This document shows, piece after piece, positions 38,323 to 51,500 of a stretch of DNA of 64,000 bases; within the stretch, counting starts at the first letter, position 1, and each line of letters starts with the position of its first letter. The stretch spans positions 15,440,001 through 15,504,000 of the forward strand of contig NC_086118.1 in assembly GCF_963921235.1 (NCBI RefSeq), written 5' to 3'. The DNA comes from Mobula hypostoma. Its lineage: Eukaryota. A program made the position numbers and the translations under genes. The notes under the pieces are model-generated. The model saw only the letters and a program-made list of their open reading frames with translations. It did no database searches and had not been told where the DNA came from.

Positions 38323-39724
38323 TATTGTCATTGCAGCACTTCATCAGGAATAGCTCCCCAAAATACGTAAGAGAATTGGGTAGGTAATTAATCTGTGATT
38401 GTTCACTGGGTTGCTGACAACATATTACATTGATAATGGATTGATTTTTGCTTGTCGTCTGCCCTCCTTAATGTCTGACTTTCTCAACAATCTGCATTTG
38501 ATAACTATTGGGTTAGTGTCACAACTTCAATCCCACTGTAAAAAATAAGGTAATTAGACCACATGAGCCCAGAATGTTTGGGTCCAGCAACTGTCTATCT
38601 CCTTAATCAACAAGAATCATCAATGAACAGTTTGAAGCATATACAAAGAAAGATGGTTAAAATACTGACTCCAATGTCAAACCAATATAAGGGAAAGAAA
38701 GGCAAGATAATGATTTCGATAATCAAAAAGGACTGAGAAATAAGTAAAATGATTTATGAATACTTCACAATTCTAAAGCTTGAATAACTAGAATCCATTT
38801 ACTTTCAGAGCTGGAATAAAATCCAACATGCTGTTATAATGCAGTGGACAAGCTTACCTTTTCTGGTACGCATTGTATCAATATACTGGGGAAGCATTAC
38901 AACTGCATGTTTACTTCACTGTTGAATCACGTTGAGTCACACCAGTTTGGTCTGGTATCCTGGGCTGGAACCATTGTCTGTGGATGCCCATACTTCAACT
39001 CGGAAATGAAGAACTGAATATGCAGGAAATCTGCAATGAAACACCAAGTACTGAAAATTCTCAGCAGATTAGGTGACATTCTTGGATTCATCCTACTCAC
39101 ACATTTCAGAAACGTCCTGCAGGGGGCCATATAATGAAAAGAATCCACAGTGGGAAACCACTCTAAATCAATGGATGTTTTTTGGTGAATTGCTACCTTG
39201 ATTTTTTTTGGCAGACAAAAAGTGCTGAAACCATGCAGCTATACGCTCTGTAATTTTCACTGAGGTTATAAAATTTGGTATAACTTGAATGCCAAAAACA
39301 TGGTATGCTTGCGACTTCGGGAGTGGTGGACTCATAGATTTTCTGAACTATTAGTTATTACTGCTATAAATACTGCAACACATTTTAATAAGTTTCTGTA
39401 ATGATCGTGCAGTGTATTGTAATAAATTTCCCTACTAACCCAGGAAGATTAAAAGAAGTGCAGAACCCTGAACAGTTTAAAAAGAGCATTAAGATCCAGG
39501 GATCTCAATAGTGGAAACAGCACAGCAGACATTACCAGGTGAGCCAGCTGGCAAACCACTGGGATTTCAAAATGTCAGGTAGCAGCTCATCAGTTTACCC
39601 ACATTTCTATAACATGTGCATAGTTGCACAATAGTTTAACAGAAGACTACCTCATTAACACAAGATTTTAATTGAATAACCTCTAAACTAATTTAAATGT
39701 TAATTTGGTTCTGATAGAAGAACC

Positions 39725-40245
39725 AACAGAGGCTGCAATCTGGAGTGAAAAGCAAATTGCTGCAGGAGATCAAACAGCATCTGTGGAGGCAGAGGGACAG
39801 GAGCATCAAAACCCTCCATTAGTATTGAGGGAACCAATATAAATAAAGTGATGGTGAAATCAGATGAGGCAGGTGGGAGAGGGTAGCTGGTGTGTGGCCA
39901 GGTGGGGGTAGATGGAAGCAGTTGGGGGAAGTGGAGGCTGGTGATAGAGAAAGGGGCTGCTTTAGATAAGTGGAAAAACAAAAAAACTGTAGATTTGGAA
40001 TTCTGATAAGTAGACACATCTCAGAGTTGTATTTTGATACATAGTTTGATAATACAATGAACCTTTGAACTTTCAGAACCAAATAAAGGAGGCATAATGA
40101 AAGGATGAGGAGGGGTGGTGATGCGATGGAATGACACTGCATGGAACCGTGGGGAGAACCTGGGTGAACCAGAAGAGGGAGAGGAGCACAGGGGGGCGCA
40201 GGTTCCCTATATTTGGAAAAATCAATGTTCATACCATTGTTTTGC
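39725..40245 (-). mobile_element. Old Penelope 3' fragment
   Basis: GMNIDFS end of ORF, GA-rich tract on +, decayed tail. Confidence 0.6.
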
Positions 40246-41491
40246 AGACTACTCAGGCAGAAAAGCAAGTGGTAGTCTTGTTTGGTCTCAGCCTGGCAAT
40301 GAAATTATACTAATACTGACACCAACACTATTAAGGCTCTTCGATCACCTTAGTCAGCACAGAGAAAACGGCTCCGCACAGAGACAAATTTATCATACAC
40401 TACCATGATCACGTATCACCGAAGTTGACATGGGAGTTTGTGTACTTCATTTCTGACCGTTCTCCACGTGATAACAGGCTGCCTGACAAGTAGTCGGAAA
40501 CGTTTAACTGAAACGCAGCGGAGATTCACGCCGGACTCTGCATAATCAACATTTACGATCAAACTCAAAATATTAACTGATCTATTAATGTTTCTTTTCT
40601 CTTAACGTAACGCTAATTTGGCCACTCAACATCACTTACCTTGGTCGATTCTGCTGAATAAAGATTTGCTACACAAACTGTAATGAAAGAAGTGTCATTA
40701 TTAGAAATGATTAGAAATGTCATTAAAGAATGATGCGACATTCAAAGGATACACAATAACTCTACTGCATGACAAGCGCCGTGGAATATCTAAATAACAA
40801 ATTCTCAGTTAGTCAAATAATGATCACGTATTTATACCAGAATTAGAACCGGACGGTTGCGCGCTGGAAGCGGCCAATGGTTCATCTCACAACCTATATA
40901 CACTGAATCATTTTGCCTGCGCAGCAAGTCCGGTCCGTATTTGGCATTTGCAAAGTGCCGCGAACATTTCTGATTCTCAGATTAATTCCTGTTTTCTCCC
41001 ATCAGGATAAAATTAGAGAAGCAGTGTCAATAGTTTTGTGTGAAACTTCAGAGCCGTTAAACTATCATATGATCCCAGAGCTGACCAAGCAGAGCAATCG
41101 CGCGCCAACTTTTTTTACAGTCCAATGTCAAATAAAATTGTTAATTTAAATATTCTCGCTAAAACGAAGCATAAATAAAATTCCCACAAATAATATATTA
41201 GTGCTCAGTAATTTAATACTGTAGATCTAAAAGCAAGCCGGGATAATGGAATATATTTACAATACATGCACTTCACTTTTTGTAATGGAAAGAAGAGATT
41301 CGATTCCTGCCGTCCAATGTCATCGCGACTAAATGCAGAAATTATCGTTTTTCACGAGTCTTGGCCGAACTCCCAAAAAATCGTATTCCAATTTTATCTC
41401 ATTCTTCTAATAAGAACGGATTGTGGCGAAAAAAATTAAAGTCCTTTAATGGAAATTAACTTTTGTAAGATAAACTGTTCATTTTGTCTGA

Positions 41492-41581
41492 CGAAGGGTC
41501 TCGGCCTGAAACGTCGACTGCACCTCTTCCTACAGATGCTGCTTGGCCTGCTGCGTTCACCAGCAACTTTGATGTGTGTTG
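41492..41581 (+). mobile_element. 90-bp Penelope tail insertion with perfect 17-bp TSD
   Basis: CTGTTCATTTTGTCTGA at 41475-41491 and 41582-41598; contains (CTGA)CGAAGGGTCTCGGCCTGAAACGTC. Confidence 0.88.
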
Positions 41582-42374
41582 CTGTTCATTTTGTCTGATA
41601 GTTTCCGAATGTCAGCAAATCCTTAATTATGATAAAGTGTTCGAAAGAGAGTGGGGAAAGTGCGTATTACACAAGCTATATTGATATTCAACCTTGTTAA
41701 AATTAAAAAAAAGGAACGAGAGAATCATTAAATTAAATAAAAATTCAGGTACAGATCGGGGGCGGGAGAGTGAAAGGAATGTATTCATTCAGCAACCAGT
41801 GATTCCTAAAATAGAGAACGACTTGTGTATTTTATCCTAATTCACACTTCCACGCGTGGTTGGTTATTTATTCGGATGAGCACCGCAAAAATGTTGTAGG
41901 AACTAAATATGGGAGAAACAGCTGCTCCAATATCTTTCTGGCTTCAAATTCCTGTCACTTTCCATGACACAGGTTTGAATTGAGATTACGTGAATCTGTG
42001 AAGTTTCCCTTGCTTCAGCTCTGGCGTTAAGCCAGAGTCAGAGACCTAGCAAACACTTGTCTGGTAAACCCATTAACGTTTCCGCAAACGAACTAAACTT
42101 TAGGCAGTTTTACTCATCGATATGCTTAAATTCTAAGAAGCAAAATGAGTGTTCTCTTTAAAATTAAGATTCACATTTCCAAGTGTTCTATTGACAATCT
42201 TGCTTTCCTTTCTTGTAAAACAAGGACTTGAATAGGACTACAACTCTAATATCAATCTGCACCTGAAATTACATGCACTTGAGTGAAAATGACATGGTAA
42301 CGATAAAGTGACCATAATTATTCATTTCCAATGTTCAGTGAAATATCCAAGGGGCACGTGCACACACAAAATGC

Positions 42375-45300
42375 AAACAAGAAAACAGGAGGCCATTCAG
42401 CCCATCATACTTGTCCACTAGTCAAAATGATGACTGAATGCCACAGGCCTCTTCTCCACTTCTGTTCCAAGACCACATATGCCCATTTCTGTGACCTTTC
42501 ACAAAAGGCATCTATCTACTTTGTAAATATCCCCAAAGATGTAGTGTTCTCAACGCTCTGGGACAGAAAATTCCAAAGAACCACCATCCCTGCAGGAAGG
42601 AGTTGCATTGCACCTCCGTTTTAAATGACTATCCCTTTGTCCTGTAATTGTGCCCTCCTTTGAAACCCTTCACCAGAGAATAAATTTCAAAATCTATTCT
42701 CTCATGCCCCTTAAAGATCTTAACTGCTGCAGTAAGACTATCCTTTACTTGTCGAAACTCCAAAGAAAACAAGCCAAACTTTTCTTTTTTAGCAATTTTT
42801 GGAAGTATAACCTTGTCATTCAGGAAGTGGCTTTGTCAATTATTTTGGGACCATCTCCAATGCTGTTATGCTTTTACTTAAGTAAGAGGATTAAATCTAT
42901 ACACACAGCATTGTAAGTTTGACTCACCAACACTCTGTACAATTGTAATGATACTTCTCTAATTCCTAAATTAAAACTTTTGAAACAAGGGCCAAAGTGC
43001 TACTTTCCATAATTACTTGTTGCACCTACATGTCAAGTTTCCATGTTCCATGCACAGGGCATTTTGATCCTTCTGTATCTCACACTCTGCTTGTTATAGT
43101 CTTGAGGAGCACCAATGAATTTGCAAAACATGATTTTATAAAACCATGCTTGAAGGCATTAAGCTTTACAAAATGACAAATATTGTCCTCTGTGATTATA
43201 GACATTTAGACTATAGCATCTTTCCAATTTGAGACATTAAGTGCATAGACCCATCTTTTGTCTTCATCCTTTCGCATTTTCCACTGGTACTCTCCCAAAA
43301 CTCAGGGAGATTTAAGATACCTGATGTTTCTTCTGTCACTTCAGTAACTTCTTTTAAAATCAATGTAAGTGGGCCATTAGGTTGGTTTCTCTTTCCTTTT
43401 TGAAACTTAGCCAGTGTGGTTTTCTTGGAATATTTTAAGTATCAACCGTGAAGAGATGTGTAAAATAATGGCTTAAATTATATGCCATTTTCTCGTTACT
43501 GACCATTAGATCCCCGTTCTCACCCTCTGGAATCCCCAAACTACCTTAGCTACCCTTTTCCATGTTCAGTGAAGCCCTTGGCGTTGGATTCGTGATTACT
43601 TGTTAGTTTACTCTCGTAATGAAATTTCACCTTCCTTATTCGATTTTTCTAGTCTAACACTACTTGTTACTGAATAATTCTGAATCCTTTGGTTTTCCAA
43701 ATTAATTTTGCTGCTTTGATTCTTTTTTCACAAAAATATTATTTTTGTTTTCCTACATTATTAACCAGGTATTTTTTTTCTCATTGATTCCCTATATCTG
43801 AAAATTTCTGCTGAGCATTGTGAAACAGATGCATAAATATCTACCATTGTACATCCACTGACCTGCCCATTGACCTGCTCTCACAGTCCACTTTGAACTA
43901 CTCTGCTTGCACTCCTTTCAAGCTGACCATATTTTGTAGAGCACCAAGCTTTTGGAAGCAAAATGCTTCTCCTTAAACTGCATTTAGAATGCTACCTTGT
44001 TGTGGACACCCCTCGCCATAGGACCCTTAGCTACATAATTATGAGAATAAGAGCATAAGACATAGGAGACGATTTCAGTTATTTAATCCAACAGGACTGC
44101 TTGGGCACAACACCGTCAATTCCATCATCCAGATTATTAACATACAACATGAAAAGTAGAGGACCAACAGACAACCCATGTGGAACACCACTGGTTACTT
44201 GCACTGTACCAGAAAAAATACCCTTTATTCCAAGCCTTAGCCTTCTGCCAGTCAGCCAATGTACTGTCCATGCTAGTTTCAGTCCTGTAATACCATGTCT
44301 CTTATCTTGTTTAGCACCTCATGAGCAGTACCTTGTCAAAGGCCTTCTGAAAATTCAAGTAAACAAAATTTGCCGACTCTCCTTGTCTATCCTGCCTATT
44401 ATTTCTTCAACGAATTTCAACATGGTTGTCAGGCATGATGTCCCCTTCAGGAAATCATGCTGACTTTGACCTATTTTACTGTTTGTCTCCAAGTACCACA
44501 GATCCTTATTACTGATGATGGAATCCAACATCTTGTCAATTCATTTAAGTCTGGCTGAATGGCTGATAATTTCCTGTCTTTCACTCCTTTCCTTGATTCT
44601 TGAAAGATACTAATGCCTCCATAATCTCTTCAGCTATCTCTTTTGGAAGCCTGAGGCATAGTCCATCTGGTCCAGGTTGACTTATGTTCCTTCAGACCTT
44701 CCAGCTTCTCAACCACCTTCTCATTAGTAATGGTGACTGCACTCACCTGTTCCCCAAAAATCTCAAATTTCCATCATGCTGCTGATGCTTCCCCCTAGTG
44801 AAGACTGACACAAAATACTTATTCAGTTCATCTGCTATTTCTTTGTTCCAATTACTACCTCTCCAGTAGTGATTTCAGCCATCCAATGTTCACTCTTATT
44901 TCACTTGTATTCCTTATATATCTGAAAAATCTTTTGGTATCCTATTTTATATTATTAGCTAAATTACTTTCATACTTCATCTTTTCTCTCATTGTTTTTT
45001 TAGTTGCCTTTGATTTGTTTTTGAAAGCTTCCCAATCCTCCAGCTTCCCATTAATATTGGCTATATTATATACCCACTATTTTGCTTTTACAGTAATATA
45101 TACAAAATACTGGAGGAACTATGCAGTGCAGACAGCAACCATTGAAATGAATAAACAGTCAACATTTTGGACTGAGGCCCTTCATCAGTATTGGAAAGGA
45201 AGGTGGAAGACTTTTTCTAAACATGACCACGTGAAAAAAACATTTACAGGTTCTGTAACATATTATTCTTATAAAACATTTCTAATAAATTCCACGAATT

Positions 45301-45560
45301 CCTTTTTCAGATTCTCTTCCCAGTTTGATCTGTCAAATCAAAATGCAGATTTAATCCACTCATGATAATTGCAGTTCCCTTCTTTAGTGCTTTTGATATT
45401 TCCTATTTATGCTTTGTCCTACCATGAGTCAATACTTTCGAGGCCTTCAGTTCACTTCTACTCATTTCTTCTTTTCCTTGCTAATCTGCATCAATATCAC
45501 TGCTAGTCACTGTACTAATGCCTTCCTAGATCCATGTTACCTAGTTTCCATCTCCTTTTT
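42375..45560 (-). mobile_element. Series of old degraded CR1 fragments, with a Penelope tail at ~45095-45210
   Basis: Recognisable GGAACACCACTGGTTAC, GTCAAAGGCCTTCTGAAAAT and AAAATACTTATTCAGTTC CR1 signatures. Confidence 0.7.
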
Positions 45561-45573
45561 GCCTATTCTTTTG

Positions 45574-48500
45574 TGTAGTGTTAGTTATTAGCTATTCCTA
45601 AGCTGCTCAGTTAGCCACTCCCACATGGAAGGAGTTACTATACTGTACAAGAGCAGTTAGCAACACATGGTGTCAGAAATGGTTGATCATTGATGAATTG
45701 GTGCTATAGACTAAGGGAGAATCCTAACAAGAAAGAAAACAATAAGACTATTCTTGTTCGCACATATCTCTGAAAAATATCCAGAGACTTACTGACCTAA
45801 ACTGCTTATGCTTGTTGCCAATTGAATGATCATGAGGCATGAGCTGTAAAAGGACCAGGGTCGCCAGGCAATGCCTTCAAACTACACCGAAAAGTGGATA
45901 TATTGTAATAATCTGTGGGCCACTAGGGAGGAGAGAGAAGCAGCACGCCGCGCGTGTGCAGCCCTCCGGTGAAAAATGATATCGTATTTGTTAAATAGGG
46001 GCCGTGGACAATTCTCATTGAAGTTGAGAGATGGCTCGGAGGGTTTGAGAGAGTTAAGGCTGCAAGCAATCTCATTCAGACTTCAGAAGAGCATTAAGTG
46101 AGCACACTGATATACTGCATGGAGGGCAAAGCAGAGGACACCATGGGTGGATTAGGACTGATAGATACTCAAGAAAAGGAATAAAAAACAGTGCAGGAAA
46201 AATACAAAGAATAATTCACAGGAAAACAAAATGTGATATATGAGAGGAAATGGGGTGTAGTTAGAAACACTACAGAAAGAGGAGAGAGTAGTTGTCAGCT
46301 CAAACAAAACAGACAAGTGAAAAAAGAACAGGTAAAATGTCCAAATACAGGAGATGCAGCAATTCCCCATTCCACGTCAAAGAGCTCTGTCCAGCAAAAT
46401 AATTGAAATGCTGTCAGTGTAATAGAGTTAGCCATGATAAGACCATAAGACAAAGGAGGAGAAGTCGGCCATTCGGCCCATCGAGTCCGCTCCGCCATTA
46501 TATCATGAGCTGATCCATTCTCCCATTTACTCCCACTCCCCCGCCTTCTCACCATAACCTTTGATGCCCTGGCTACTCAGATACCTATTAATCTCTGCCT
46601 GAAATACACCCAATGACTTGGCCTCCACTGCTGCCCGTGGCAACAAATTCCATAGATACACCACCCTTTGACTAAAAAAAATTCTTCGCGTCTCTGTTCT
46701 GAATGGGTGCCCTTCAATCATTAAGTCATGCCCTCTCGTAGTAGACTCCCCCACCATAGGAAACAACTTTGCCACATCCACTCTGTCCATGCCTTTCAAC
46801 ATTCAAATTGTTTCTATGAGGTCTCCCCTCATTCTTCTAAACTCCAAGGAATACAGACCAAGAGCGGACAAACGTTCCTCATATGTTAATCCTCTCATTC
46901 CCGGAATCATTCTAGTGAATCTTCTCTGTACCCTCTCTAACGTCAGCACATTCTTTCTTAAATAAGGAGACCAAAACCGCACACAGTACTCCAAGTGAGG
47001 TCTCACCAGTGCCTTATAGAGCCTCAACATCACATCCCTCCTCCTATACTCTATTCCTCTAGAAATGAATGCCAACATTGCATTCACCTTCTTCACTACC
47101 GACTCAACCTGGAGGTTAACCTTAAGGGTATCCTGTACGAGGAATCCTAAATCCCATTGCATCTCAGAACTTTGTATTCTTTCACCATTTAAATAATAGT
47201 CTGCCCGTTTATTTCTTCTGCAAAGTGCATAACCATACACTTTCCAACATTGTATTTCATTTGCCACTTCTCTGCCCACTCTTCCAATCTATCCAAGTCT
47301 CTCTACAGACTCTCCATTTCCTCAGCACTACCGGCCCCTCCACCTATCTTCGTATCGTCAGCAAACTTAGCCACAAAGCTATCTATTCCATTATCCAAAT
47401 CATTGATGTACAATGTAAAAAGAAGCAGCCCCAACACGGACCCCTATGGATCACCACTGGTAACCGGTAGCCAACCAGAGTAGGATCCCTTTATTCCCAC
47501 TCTCTGTTTCCTGCCAATCAGCCAACGCTCTATCCATGTATGTAACTTTCCCGTAATTCCATGGGCTCTTATCTTGTTAAGTAGTCTCATGCGTGGCACC
47601 TTGTCAAAGGCCTTCTGAAAATCCAAATGTACAACATCCACTGTATCTCCCTTGTCTAGCCTACTGGTAATTTCCTCAAAAAATTGTAATAGGTTTGTCA
47701 GGCAGGATTTTCCTTTAACAAATCCATGCTGAGTTCTGCCTATCTTGTCATATGCCTCCAGGTACTCTGTAACCTTATCTTTGACAATCGACTCCAACAA
47801 CTTCCCAACCACCGATGTCAAGCTAACAGGTTTATAATTTCCTTTTTGCTTCCTTGCCCCCTTCTTAAATAGCGGAGTGACATTTCCAATCTTCCAGTCC
47901 TCCGGAACCATGCCAGAATCTATTGACTTTTGACAGATCATCACTAATGTCTCCGCAATCTCCACAGCTACTTCCTTCAGAACATGCGGGTGCATTCCAT
48001 CTGGTCCGGGAGATTTACCGACCTTTAGACTATTCAGCTTCCTGAGTACTTTCTCTGTTGTAATTGTGACCACACACATTTCTCTTCCCTGCCACCCTTG
48101 AGTGTCCAATATACTGCTGATGTCTTCCTCAGTGAAGACCGACCCAAAATACTCGTTCAGTTTCTCTGCCATCTCCTTATCTCCCATTACAATTTCTCCA
48201 GCATCATTTTCTATCATTCCTATATCTACTCTCACCTGACTTTTACTCTTTATATACTTCAAAAAGCTTTTAGTATCCACTTTGTTATTATTTGCTAGCT
48301 TCCTTTCATAGTTCCTTTTCCCTCTTAATGACCTTCTTAGTTTCCTTTTGTAAGCTTTTAAAAACTTCCCAATTTGCTTCCTTGTATGCGCTCTCCTTTG
48401 CTTTAACTTTGGCTTTGACTTCTCTTGTAAACCACTGTTGCATCCTTTTTCTATTCGAATATTTCTTCTTTTTTGCACCTTCCTCACTTCTCGCATAAAC

Positions 48501-51500
48501 TCCAGCCACTGCTGCTCTGCCATCTTTCCCACCAGTGTCCCTTTCCAGTCAACTTTGGCCAGTTCCTCTCTCATGCCACTGTAATTTCCTTTACTCAATT
48601 GAAATACCGACACCTCAGATTACAGCTTCTCTTTTTTCAAATTTCACAGTAAACTCAATCATGTTATGATCACTGCCTCCTAAGGGTTCCTTCACCTCAA
48701 TCTCTCTAATCACCTTCGGTTCATTACACAATACCCAATCCAGTACAGCCGATCCCCTAGTGGGTTCAGCAACAAGCTGTTCTAAAAAGCCATCTCGCAG
48801 ACATTCTACAAATTCTCTCCCTTGAGATCCAGTGCCGATCTGATTTTCCCAATCCACTCGCATGCTAAAATCCCCCACAATTATCATAACACTGCACTTC
48901 TGACAAGCCTTTTCTGTTTCCTGTTGTAATTTGAAGTCCACATCACTGCAGCTGTTTGGAGCCCTATAAATAAATGCCATCAGGGTCCTTTTACCCCTGC
49001 GATTTCTTAGCTCAACCCATAAAGATTCTGCACCTTCCGATCCTATATCACCTCTTTCTAATGATTTAATATTATTTCTTACCAATAAAGCCACACCTCC
49101 CCATCTGCCAACCTTCCTATCCTTCCGATACACCGTGTATCCTTGGACGTTCAGCTCCCAGAGACATGCATCCTTTAGCCAGGTCTCAGTGATGGCCACA
49201 ATATCATACCTGCCAATCTGTAGCTGTACAACAAGATCATCCACCTTATTCCTTATGCTGCAGCATTTAAGTATAACACCTTAAGACCAGTATTTCGGAC
49301 TTTTTGCTTTGATTTCACTGCAACTTTATTGCACTGCAACTCATCCCAATGGCTACAAATTTGCCCCATCACCTGCCTGTCTTTCCTGACATCTTTACTG
49401 CTCACTATCTTAGATTTATTTCTGTTTTCCCCTTCCTCTGCTCTGTCATTCCGGTTCTCATCCCCCTGCCAAATTAGTTTAAACCCTCCCTAACAGCTCT
49501 ATTAAACTTTCACGCCAGGATATTGGTCCCCTTCGGGTTCAGGTGTAACCTGTCCTTTTTGAACAGGTCCATACTTCCTCCAGAAGAGATCCCAATTATC
49601 CAAGAATCTGAAGCTCTGCCCACTGCACCAGTCTCTCAGCCACGCATTCATCTGCCGGATCCTACAATTCTTGCCCTCGCTAGCACGTGGCACAGGTAGC
49701 AATCCCGAGATTACCACCCTGGAGGTCCTGCTTCTCAGCTTCCTTCCTAACTCCTGGAAATCTCTCTTCAGGACCTCCTCCTTTGTTCTATCTATGTCAT
49801 TGGTACCAACATGTACCAAGACAACTGGCTGCTCACCTTCCCCCTTCAGAATATTCTGGACCCGATCCGAGACATCCCGTACGCTGGCACCTGGGAGGCA
49901 ACACACCATGCGGGTATCTCTATCAGGCTCACAGAATCTCCTGTCCGCCAGTGTTACTCAAAAACAATTCTTCAGGAGGACAAAGACGACCATGATTCCA
50001 ATGAGGCGAGACCTTTCCTTGGGATTGTAGATTCAATTAGGCAAGGCTGGTTCAGTTGCAAAATGAGGCAGTGACATACAAAATGGACACTGGGTTAGAT
50101 GGCACAGCCATCCCTGAATGTCTGTTCACAAGGTTGGTGAAGATAACAGGTATTATCCTAAACCGAACAAAGAGAGTACTCATGGGGCCAGGGAAACATG
50201 AGTTGAGTATGAAAGGAATGCTTACTCCATTCATCTGTAACACTCAGAAACAGCTGTTCAGAATCTCTTCTCACCACTACTGGGACAACATGCCATTAAG
50301 AAGTTGAATGTCATTGCAAGGTTAGACTTGCTAAACAATGTCCAGTAACATGAGAAGTACGTGAAGTTTTTCCACAGTTGACTCTACCCTCATGGAAGAT
50401 ATCAAGTTCTACTTAGCTTAGGTACGTGAAAGCTTTCCTGCATCACACAGTAAACTGGATGGAATTCATGCTCAGTTGAAAAAGGACCATATCTGCAGCA
50501 AAGTCATGCAATACTGTGAGCAAAGATGGGTAGCAGTTCTAAAAGGATCTCACAGAATCAGACCTTATTGGCTTGAAAGAGACACACTCATCATTCTTGA
50601 TAGTTTGTTGCTAAAGGACTCTAGATTCATCATTCTTGCTTCTATGCATACCAAAATCATCAGTCAAATCCACCAAGGACATCAAGGCATCAAACATGTT
50701 GCCTCAGAGGAAGACAATCTGTGTGATGGCCTGCTCTGAGCACAGAGATGAGAGATTTTGTAAAGCAATGCGAAGCTTGCAGGAAACAGTACAAAAATCA
50801 TGCTGAACCCCTCTGTCCCTCAGAATTCCCAGACTTTCCATGGCAAATTTCAGGCACAGATATTTTCAAGCTGAAAAGAGACGAATATATTCTCTCTGTG
50901 GATTACTACTCACAGAATATTGAGGGATCCGAGCTGTCCTCTACATTCTCAGCAGCAGTTATGCAGCACCTGAAAGCTGAATTTGCTTGCAACGGATTAC
51001 CAGAGACGCGTGTGTCAGATAACGTTCCACAATTCAGCTGCACAGAATTCAAAGTCTTTGCTAGGGACTATGAATTCAAACACCAGACAAGCAGTTCATG
51101 GGTATTATGGCAAATGGTGAAGCGGAAAGAGCAGTGCAAACTGTTACGAGTCCCTTATTGAAGACAAAAGACCCATATATAGCATGGGTAGCTCATCAGC
51201 TCACACCTCTTGCAGATGGCTACAGTCCATCAGATCTGTCAATGGCCTGGAGACTGAGAACAAGCCTGCCTATTCCTCCTTCCCCTCTCCAACCTCACTT
51301 ACCAGACTTAGACAAAGTGAGATATTTTGAGACAACATAGCATGAGACTATGAAGAGCATTCATGATTTCAGACACAGAGGAAAATCTTTGTCATCACTC
51401 AGGAGTGGTAAAGCAGTCCGGGTTTCAGACCAATTCACCAAAGTAACAGTAGTCTGACAGCATGCACCACGATTGTTTGTGATGAGAACATCACAAGGTG

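Noticed and set aside
45668..45682. tRNA gene
   Set aside because: Only a short match complementary to a tRNA 3' end next to an LTR end, i.e. a primer-binding site; no cloverleaf.
50476..51340. Domesticated integrase gene
   Set aside because: Multiple frameshifts and stops; embedded in a decayed Gypsy element.
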